A stretch of 24,327 bases of DNA from a virus (lineage: Duplodnaviria > Caudoviricetes), in IMG/VR virus record IMGVR_UViG_3300012200_000070, positions 1 through 24,327 of that record; one strand, 5' to 3'. Below are positions 1 through 5,616 of the stretch, piece after piece (the stretch's first letter is position 1; each line of letters starts with the position of its first letter). A program made the translations under genes and the position numbers. Below the pieces are notes generated by a model. It did no database searches. It saw only the letters and a list, made by a program, of their open reading frames with translations, and had not been told where the DNA came from.

Positions 1-72
1 CAGGCCTGCTGTCTCCTTGGTCAGGAGGCTGCGGAAAAGGTCTCGTCGTGTGTTGATAGACGACGAGACCGA

Positions 73-144
73 GCGGCTGTAGCTCAATGGCAGAGTCCTG
101 GCTTGTCACGCCAGTTGGTGCGGGTTCAACTCCCGTCGGTCGCG
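73..144 (+). tRNA. tRNA-Asp(GUC)
   Basis: Hand-folded cloverleaf: acceptor GCGGCTG/CGGTCGC, anticodon arm CTGGC-TT GTC AC-GCCAG, T arm GCGGG-TTCAACT-CCCGT, discriminator G; no CCA. Confidence 0.93.
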
Positions 145-294
145 CTCTCCAACCCGTGTACATGATCGCCCAAAGTCATGGAGCGGGTTGAGGCTGGGTC
201 TGGTCCACCCGGTGGAGAGAAAAGGACAAGCGCAGGGGCCGTGAATGCCCCCATTGAGAGTCTGGCCCACTCAAGATCGCGAAACGGGCCGCTA

Positions 295-366
295 TCCCTG
301 TTGGTGTAACTGGCAACACACGGTCCTCTGGAGTCCGTATTTGAGGTTCGAATCCTCAGCAGGGAG
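295..366 (+). tRNA. tRNA-Gln(CUG)
   Basis: Acceptor TCCCTGT/GCAGGGA (U1-A72), anticodon loop CT CTG GA, T arm TGAGG-TTCGAAT-CCTCA; U.U mismatch in anticodon stem. Confidence 0.92.
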
Positions 367-453
367 CGCGAGTCCTGCGGGACTTCTGGCTCGCCGCCAG
401 TGATGAAGGTGAGGTAAGCGCGGCTTTGAAATGCCCCTCACGCGATCATCAAT

Positions 454-535
454 GCCTCGGATTGCACTGTGTGTGCTAGGGCGCCTGTAAAGCGTTCGTC
501 TTCTGACGCGGTAGGTTCAATTCCTACTCGGGGCA
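454..535 (+). tRNA. tRNA-Tyr(GUA), atypical D arm
   Basis: Acceptor GCCTCGG/TCGGGGC, loop CT GTA AA, variable arm CGTC-TTCT-GACG, T arm GTAGG-TTCAATT-CCTAC; D arm GCAC-TGTGT-GTGC lacks the GG, and position 8 is A. Confidence 0.8.
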
Positions 536-610
536 CGCTGAAGTTGATTCGGAAGGTCCGCCTCAGCACACCAGGAGATGGAAGGCTGGTTACCTGAATT
601 CTCCTGGCCT

Positions 611-683
611 GCCGACATAGCTCAATTGGTAGAGCGCTGCTTTTGTAATGCAGATGTTGCGGGTTCAAGTCCTGCTGTCGGCT
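611..683 (+). tRNA. tRNA-Thr(UGU)
   Basis: Acceptor GCCGACA/TGTCGGC, D arm GCTC-AATTGGTA-GAGC, loop TT TGT AA, T loop TTCAAGT. Confidence 0.95.
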
Positions 684-765
684 CTGCGCCAAGTTCGTCA
701 CGGTGGTTGGCGCTGTGGTTCACCGTTCATGTGTCCGGGCGGGCACGGGGTGCGGTGGACCACAA

Positions 766-839
766 TCCCGCGTAGCTCAGTTTGGTGGAGCACTTCCCTG
801 ATAAGGAAGCGGTCGCTGGTTCGAATCCAGTCGCGGGGA
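766..839 (+). tRNA. tRNA-Ile(GAU)
   Basis: Acceptor TCCCGCG/CGCGGGG, anticodon arm CTTCC-CT GAT AA-GGAAG, T loop TTCGAAT. Confidence 0.94.
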
Positions 840-840
840 C

Positions 841-914
841 CGGGGTGTAGCTCAGTTTGGTGGAGCGTCCGCTTTGGGAGCGGAAGGCCGTCGGTTCGAG
901 TCCGACCATCCCGA
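841..914 (+). tRNA. tRNA-Pro(UGG)
   Basis: Acceptor CGGGGTG/CATCCCG, anticodon arm TCCGC-TT TGG GA-GCGGA, T arm GTCGG-TTCGAGT-CCGAC; 1-nt spacer after tRNA-Ile. Confidence 0.95.
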
Positions 915-973
915 CGGGCTGGCTCGTAGTAGGCGAGCCCAGCGCTCTTCATCACTAGCTAACAGGAGACATC

Positions 974-1039
974 ATGGCGGCAGTTGACGACCCCAAGCCT
1001 GGCGGCAGTGGCTCCACGACTCCCGGCCTGACTGCCTGA
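974..1039 (+). CDS. putative 21-aa micro-protein MAAVDDPKPGGSGSTTPGLTA
   Basis: AGGAGA (964-969) just upstream of ATG 974, TGA 1037-1039; below the ORF-track cutoff. Confidence 0.45.
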   Translation: MAAVDDPKPGGSGSTTPGLTA

Positions 1040-1148
1040 CAACTCCACTGACAGGCCAGGCGATCAGGTGTTGACGTATGTGCGCTACGGCGGGCGCACT
1101 GGCTGCGGAGACGCCCCCTGAGGGGAAGCACGGTCGCCTGGTTGCCGG

Positions 1149-1222
1149 TCCCTCGTAGCTCAGCATGGCAGAGCAAGTCCCTGTTAAGGACAAGGTCGCT
1201 GGTTCGAGTCCAGCCGAGGGAG
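1149..1222 (+). tRNA. tRNA-Asn(GUU)
   Basis: Acceptor TCCCTCG/CGAGGGA, loop CT GTT AA, T arm GCTGG-TTCGAGT-CCAGC, discriminator G. Confidence 0.94.
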
Positions 1223-1231
1223 CGCAACCAG

Positions 1232-1316
1232 GGAGAGGTCGCACAGCCAGGCCTAGTGCGCGGCACTGCTAATGCCGTGGTCTTCGGATCCGTGGGTTCA
1301 AATCCCACTCTCTCCA
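1232..1316 (+). tRNA. tRNA-Ser(GCU)
   Basis: Acceptor GGAGAGG/TCTCTCC, anticodon arm CGGCA-CT GCT AA-TGCCG, long variable arm GGTC-TTCG-GATC, T loop TTCAAAT. Confidence 0.93.
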
Positions 1317-1326
1317 CGCAGTTCAT

Positions 1327-1412
1327 GGAAGGTGACGCCCGGAGTGGCTGGGCACTGGTCTTGAAAACCAGGGGTCGCGTAAGCGGCAGGGGTTCGAACC
1401 CTCCTCCTTCCT
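1327..1412 (+). tRNA. tRNA-Ser(UGA), probable 8/4 fold
   Basis: Anticodon arm CTGGT-CT TGA AA-ACCAG, variable arm GTCGC-GTAA-GCGGC; acceptor GGAAGGTG/CTCCTTCC (8 positions, one U.U) and 4-bp T stem GGGG/CCTC. Confidence 0.88.
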
Positions 1413-1443
1413 CTAGACCATGAACAACCCTGAGGAACCGATC

Positions 1444-1736
1444 ATGGTGGTAGTGAAGGTTGAGATCTGGCCCGGTGGGTCCCACGTGCAACGGTGAGAT
1501 CGCGTGCATAGGAATCACCAATGTCAGCGGCTTGAGCCCTCTCTCGGACTACGACGTCGTGTCTCTGCTCAGTCGCGACAGGGGTGAGCGTGTCCAGCTG
1601 TCGCGGGTGATCGGTCACCAGCGTGACTACGGTTGGCAGCCCCTGGTGGCCCGCGCTGTGGACAGCCTGAGTGACCCAGCCGGTATCGTGTCGGTCACTG
1701 ACGCGATCGCCGAACTTCTCCCGGAGGGGCAAATGA
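1444..1736 (+). pseudogene. frameshifted small phage hypothetical gene
   Basis: RBS GAGGA then ATG 1444 (MVVVKVEIWPGGSHVQR, TGA 1495); coding-like sequence continues in the +1 frame (EIACIGITNVSGLSPLSDYDV...GHQRDYGWQPLVARAV). Confidence 0.55.
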
Positions 1737-2032
1737 CCGAGCAGATAGAGACCGAACCTGAGCAGGAAGTGGACCTGGACTCCTGGGAGCCAATGGAAAC
1801 GGCCTTCGGTACGGCGTGTCAGGTTCAGTACCGCTACGCCCTCGAAGTGCACTTTGAAGATGACGACGAGCTGACCCCGTACATGGAAGTAGGGTACCCC
1901 CGGGAAAATCGGGACGAAATCGTGCAGATATATAAGTTCCGGAAGAAGAAGTACCCGAATGACAAGCAACGCATCGTCAAGAAGGTCACCCTGGTCATCC
2001 CGGATCCGCGCGACGAAGACGAGTGGCTGTGA
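1733..2032 (+). CDS. hypothetical protein (99 aa, acidic N-terminus)
   Basis: GGAGG upstream of ATG 1733 (MTEQIETEPEQ...); 3' part of track ORF 1460..2032; GC-rich third codon positions. Confidence 0.75.
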   Translation: MTEQIETEPEQEVDLDSWEPMETAFGTACQVQYRYALEVHFEDDDELTPYMEVGYPRENRDEIVQIYKFRKKKYPNDKQRIVKKVTLVIPDPRDEDEWL

Positions 2033-2331
2033 GTCTGCGGACTCGGACAGCTCGTTGCCTTATGTGGTTGGCAGGGAAGCTTTCTCACATCAAGACGTAC
2101 CAGCGCATCTACACCTATGACCCCGCAATCCCGTCTACTGCTCCCATGCGGCTGAAGTACCCCGTAGCGGGGCGTCGGTGGTTGCCTTGTCATCTCTCCC
2201 TGGAGATGCTGCACTGGTCTAATCGGTTGGATAAAGACCACTGGGACCACTGGGCACTAGCCCACAGAGACTGCACTGAGGGGTATCGTTGTCCTGAGTG
2301 TGGAGGTCACGTCGACCCCGCTGTCGAGTGA
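2029..2331 (+). CDS. hypothetical protein with C-terminal Cys/His cluster (CPECGGH)
   Basis: GTGA overlap with upstream stop; track ORF 2023..2331. Confidence 0.65.
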   Translation: MSLRTRTARCLMWLAGKLSHIKTYQRIYTYDPAIPSTAPMRLKYPVAGRRWLPCHLSLEMLHWSNRLDKDHWDHWALAHRDCTEGYRCPECGGHVDPAVE

Positions 2332-2358
2332 CCTTGGTTGCAGTGACAGGGGTGGATC

Positions 2359-2523
2359 ATGACCAAAGCCCAGGAGATATACGTAGCAACGCTCAACCTG
2401 CTCGGCTCCGATCCGGAACCGGACTACATCCAGGTTCTCCTGGATGAAGAGCATGCCGCCGCTGACCCGGGCTACAGGAAGCGACAGATCAGGCAGAATG
2501 CCACAGAACAGCTGAACCCGTAG
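2359..2523 (+). CDS. 54-aa hypothetical protein (MTKAQEIYVATLNLLGSDPEPDY...)
   Basis: Purine-rich AGGGGTGG upstream of ATG 2359; TAG 2521 immediately precedes the terminator; below the track cutoff. Confidence 0.7.
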   Translation: MTKAQEIYVATLNLLGSDPEPDYIQVLLDEEHAAADPGYRKRQIRQNATEQLNP

Positions 2524-2534
2524 CAGACAAATGC

Positions 2535-2582
2535 AAAATGACCCCCACCATCTGGTTCGCCAGATGGTGGGGGTCATTTTTT
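2535..2582. terminator. intrinsic terminator, probably bidirectional
   Basis: Perfect 21-bp inverted repeat AAAATGACCCCCACCATCTGG-TTCG-CCAGATGGTGGGGGTCATTTT followed by further Ts. Confidence 0.9.
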
Positions 2583-2592
2583 GTTTATCCCC

Positions 2593-2598
2593 TATAAT
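2593..2598 (+). promoter_or_regulatory. -10 box for a probable leaderless transcript
   Basis: TATAAT 6 nt upstream of ATG 2605, no SD; no clear -35. Confidence 0.5.
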
Positions 2599-2604
2599 CC
2601 GATC

Positions 2605-3231
2605 ATGATCTCGGAGCCGGGGAGTTTGCGGGACCGTCTTAATGTGGAAACCCAGCGGGCATGGCGCTTCTACTGTGCCCTGGAGAAGGTTCTCCCATAC
2701 CAGCAGCAGCAAAACAGTGAGTCAACCGGCCGTAGAAAGTTGACGGCTTCGACAATACCGTGGCATGGAGCCGCTGCGGGATTGACCCTGGAATTCCATG
2801 CCGAAGTGCGCCGCCTGGAAGTCCATCTCCGGGAGATGGTCACGGGGGTTCGTGGCGTTCGGCGCGGTGGCTCCGACCAGAACACAGACTTCGCCCTGCG
2901 CGCTTTGCCGAAGCTGGCTGAGGCAGTCGATGACCAGACCGTGCTGGGTATCATGAGCTATATGGACGGATGGATACGCCGTGCCGACGCAGTGTTCCGT
3001 CCAGAGCAAGGACTCCACCGGCTCCCACGAGAGCCCAAAGAAAAAGAACTTCCATGCCCCTGGTGCGCCAAGCCGACCATGCGCTGGCATCCGTTGAGTG
3101 GAATAGTTGTTTGTGTCAACCCACACTGCTTGGACGACACGGAGACACGACCACGCTGGCGATCCGATTTCACCGTTGCTGACAACGTGCTGGTGTTTAC
3201 CTGGGTGCCAATCCAGAAGGGGGCAGCATGA
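2605..3231 (+). CDS. actinophage protein with C-terminal Zn finger (CPWC...CVNPHC), possible transcriptional regulator
   Basis: Track ORF 2581..3231; four-Cys motif; coupled to downstream HTH gene by ATGA overlap. Confidence 0.8.
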   Translation: MISEPGSLRDRLNVETQRAWRFYCALEKVLPYQQQQNSESTGRRKLTASTIPWHGAAAGLTLEFHAEVRRLEVHLREMVTGVRGVRRGGSDQNTDFALRALPKLAEAVDDQTVLGIMSYMDGWIRRADAVFRPEQGLHRLPREPKEKELPCPWCAKPTMRWHPLSGIVVCVNPHCLDDTETRPRWRSDFTVADNVLVFTWVPIQKGAA

Positions 3232-3479
3232 CCGCGCGTGGCTGGACGTCGGCCGATCTGCCGATGGTGGGGGAGGACGACACCCTGTGGACCATCAACG
3301 AGGCGGCCAACTACCTCTGCATGGACGTTGCCGAGGTGCGGGAGATGGTTTCATACCGGCGCCTGGAAGCTGTGGGGAAGCGCCGCACGGCCGCACGTGG
3401 GCGTCCAGGGCGCTGTGCCAGGGTCTACCGGGCTGCTGACCTCATCATGGAGTACGAGAGCCGTCAGGGGGGCGCCTGA
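3228..3479 (+). CDS. helix-turn-helix DNA-binding protein (excisionase/MerR-like)
   Basis: LWTINEAANYL...EVREMV...RRL...RVYRAADL fits the HTH_17/MerR-like pattern. Confidence 0.8.
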   Translation: MTARGWTSADLPMVGEDDTLWTINEAANYLCMDVAEVREMVSYRRLEAVGKRRTAARGRPGRCARVYRAADLIMEYESRQGGA

Positions 3480-3481
3480 AG

Positions 3482-4102
3482 CTACTCGATGCGTCGTCGG
3501 TAAGCAGCCATGGACACAGCGGTCAGGAGAACTAACGTGCTCTCCGTTGGAACTGGCGTTGGCTGCGACGTGCAGCTGTAGCGCGGTGCGCTGGAGTCGA
3601 AGTCGCCCACCGGCTCGCAGGAGTATTTCACCCCATTCGGGTCGGTCCATGTCCATCCGGCCGGAGGGTTTCCGGAGCTGCCGTTCTTGCCATCCGTCCC
3701 ATCGGTGCCGTCCTTACCCGCTGCGCCGCTGGCTCCCGTGGCGCCGGGGACTCCTGACGCTCCGCTGGCTCCCGTCGGTCCAGGTGTTCCCGTCGCCCCT
3801 GGTTTTCCTGTGGCGCCGGTTTTCCCCGTAGGTCCCACTGGTCCTACAGGACCAGCGGGACCCGATGGTCCAATATCACCACGGTTGCCCGGTTGCCCGG
3901 CAACCGGAGTGGCGCCTAGTCCCTGAACCTGACTGGCAAGTGCGTCCCTTGCCTGATTGGCGATTCTCAGTTCGTCATGGAGATCCTGGATGTTGACTAG
4001 GACGAATGCAAGAACGGCACCGAGCAGCATGGCACCGACGACGGTAAGGACATCTCCCTTCCGCCCTCGGCGCGCATCCTGCTTCATCTCCGTGCGCGTC
4101 AT
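3482..4102 (-). CDS. membrane-anchored collagen-like protein of the lysis cassette
   Basis: ATG 4102 overlaps upstream TGA; basic N-terminus, TM helix, coiled coil, 26 consecutive Gly-X-Y triplets, C-terminal Cys pair. Confidence 0.88.
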   Translation of the reverse strand: MTRTEMKQDARRGRKGDVLTVVGAMLLGAVLAFVLVNIQDLHDELRIANQARDALASQVQGLGATPVAGQPGNRGDIGPSGPAGPVGPVGPTGKTGATGKPGATGTPGPTGASGASGVPGATGASGAAGKDGTDGTDGKNGSSGNPPAGWTWTDPNGVKYSCEPVGDFDSSAPRYSCTSQPTPVPTESTLVLLTAVSMAAYRRRIE

Positions 4103-4395
4103 GAACCAGTCCCCTGCATCAGCGAGATCAGGACAGGAAGAAGTGCTGCAACGATGGGCATGACCACGGCGGCTATCAGCCATCGACGGGTAGCGATCAA
4201 GCGCTCTACGTCTTTCTCCCGCAATGCCTCAAGCGCACTGATCTTCGCCATGAGCGCTGCGTATTGGAGTGCGTAGACTTCCTGAGACACTTTCCCGTCG
4301 ATGGCGTGGCCTAGTTGCCGGATGTCATCGCGTACATCAGTGAGCCGGTCTTCGAAGCGTCGTGCGACCTCACCGAGGGTCGGCTCATCGGGCAT
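4099..4395 (-). CDS. lysis-cassette membrane protein (coiled coil + C-terminal TM helix)
   Basis: GGGGAG RBS; hydrophobic WLIAAVVMPIVAALLPVLISLM. Confidence 0.85.
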   Translation of the reverse strand: MPDEPTLGEVARRFEDRLTDVRDDIRQLGHAIDGKVSQEVYALQYAALMAKISALEALREKDVERLIATRRWLIAAVVMPIVAALLPVLISLMQGTGS

Positions 4396-4412
4396 GGACT
4401 ACTCCCCCAGGG

Positions 4413-4658
4413 TCAGACGTCCCTCGCCAGGGATGCCGAGTTCTCGTCGCCCCGCAGGCGGGCCGCCAGTCCCTTGAGAAGGGCCACAGCAGCAGCTACG
4501 CCGCCGGAAAGGGCGGCATACCACATGCTGCCATTCAGGGGCTGGGTGACCACGACGCCGCCAATGAAAGCACCAAGGAACGACGTGAGTACACGCTCCA
4601 GGAGATCCATGGCGTATGTCTTCGCCGTCTTGTAGATCGCTTCCTCTTCAATGTCCAC
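4413..4658 (-). CDS. holin (r1t-like, two TM helices)
   Basis: GGAGG then GTG 4658; DLLERVLTSF...AAAVALLKGLAA...SASL pattern; directly follows the endolysin. Confidence 0.85.
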   Translation of the reverse strand: MDIEEEAIYKTAKTYAMDLLERVLTSFLGAFIGGVVVTQPLNGSMWYAALSGGVAAAVALLKGLAARLRGDENSASLARDV

Positions 4659-4668
4659 GGTTCCTCCG

Positions 4669-5616
4669 TCAGGCCGAGTCAAGGTGAATGGTGACGTTCT
4701 CGATCGCGGCCTTGAGTTCGGCGACGATCGCTGCCGGGTCGATTCCGTCAATGCCCGAGGAGAGCTGGGCCACGGCGTTGACGAGGCTGGTAGTGATGGT
4801 GCTCAGGGCGTCGAGCTTTACCTCTGAGCGACGGCCGATGATCTCGATGTTGCGCAGCGAGGTCGCCGGGGTGATGTAGTCGTTGGTAGTGCCGGTCACG
4901 GGGTTGGCGATGACGCCGTCCTTCTTGAGAACGGCAGTTGCAACCAGGTCGGCGTCAGCGTTGGTGAGGGCCATGTCGTTCTCCGTAGGAATGCCACCAG
5001 ATGCGGCGGTGAGGATGGCGGCCATCGGGAACAGTCCCGGGTCGCCGTGAACGTTGCCGGACGGCACGTGCTGATGCCCGCAGTGCCCGGAATACTTCAT
5101 CCACGCGGCATCAGAGAGACGAACCCCATTGGCGCCGTAGGAAGCCGGGTACGCCTTCCAAGTGACGGTGCTGGTGAGCGGCACGCCATGATTTGCGTGC
5201 GCCCACTTTGAGAACGCGGCCAGGTCCCGGATCGCCCAAGCGGGCAGCTCGGGCATGTACAGGTGCTTGATCCCGGACTTTGTCCACTTCGTGTGCGTCG
5301 TCGGGTCACAGGTGCCGACGATCTCCACCTGGTCGACATTGAGTGTGTTCGTGGCAACGGCGCCTGTGTGGACGAGAGCGCGGGCGGAAACGTCGAAGTC
5401 GAAGTGCTGGTACCAGGTGAGCTTCTCCGCCGTGAAATCCGGAACGGCTGTGAAGTTCGGGGCAACGGAACCTCCGGAGTAATCCGGTAGCGAAGTCCCC
5501 TCCGTGCTGTGCCACACGATGACGTTGACTTCCATCGCGTCACCCGGGTAGGTGTCCTGGTACCAGTGGCTGGTGGAGGCCAACGGGTACTTTTGCGGTC
5601 CTGTCTTCGTGGACAT
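4669..5616 (-). CDS. endolysin, N-acetylmuramoyl-L-alanine amidase (Amidase_2-like)
   Basis: VIVWHSTEG, VEIVG and GHQHVP.GNVHGDPG Zn-amidase motifs; TGATG overlap with upstream gene. Confidence 0.92.
   Translation of the reverse strand: MSTKTGPQKYPLASTSHWYQDTYPGDAMEVNVIVWHSTEGTSLPDYSGGSVAPNFTAVPDFTAEKLTWYQHFDFDVSARALVHTGAVATNTLNVDQVEIVGTCDPTTHTKWTKSGIKHLYMPELPAWAIRDLAAFSKWAHANHGVPLTSTVTWKAYPASYGANGVRLSDAAWMKYSGHCGHQHVPSGNVHGDPGLFPMAAILTAASGGIPTENDMALTNADADLVATAVLKKDGVIANPVTGTTNDYITPATSLRNIEIIGRRSEVKLDALSTITTSLVNAVAQLSSGIDGIDPAAIVAELKAAIENVTIHLDSA

Noticed and set aside
398-452. Hammerhead ribozyme (TGATGA...GAAA)
   Set aside because: Core reads GTGATGA rather than CTGANGA, TGATGA pairs with TCATCA, and the GAAA sits in a hairpin loop
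915-1148. Possible tmRNA, since the micro-ORF ends in LTA like a degradation tag
   Set aside because: No GGGG 5' end, G3.U70 acceptor or own T arm/CCA, and the ORF has its own SD and ATG
1327-1412. Selenocysteine or opal-suppressor tRNA (GGAAG start, long acceptor)
   Set aside because: The anticodon is UGA (reads Ser UCA), not UCA
438-1521. Track ORFs overlapping the tRNA cluster
   Set aside because: They translate tRNA sequence on either strand (e.g. VGIEPT, GFEPAT) and lack RBS support
3665-3900. Short DNA repeats suggesting a CRISPR or tandem array
   Set aside because: They are codon repeats of the Gly-X-Y collagen region, with no repeat-spacer pattern
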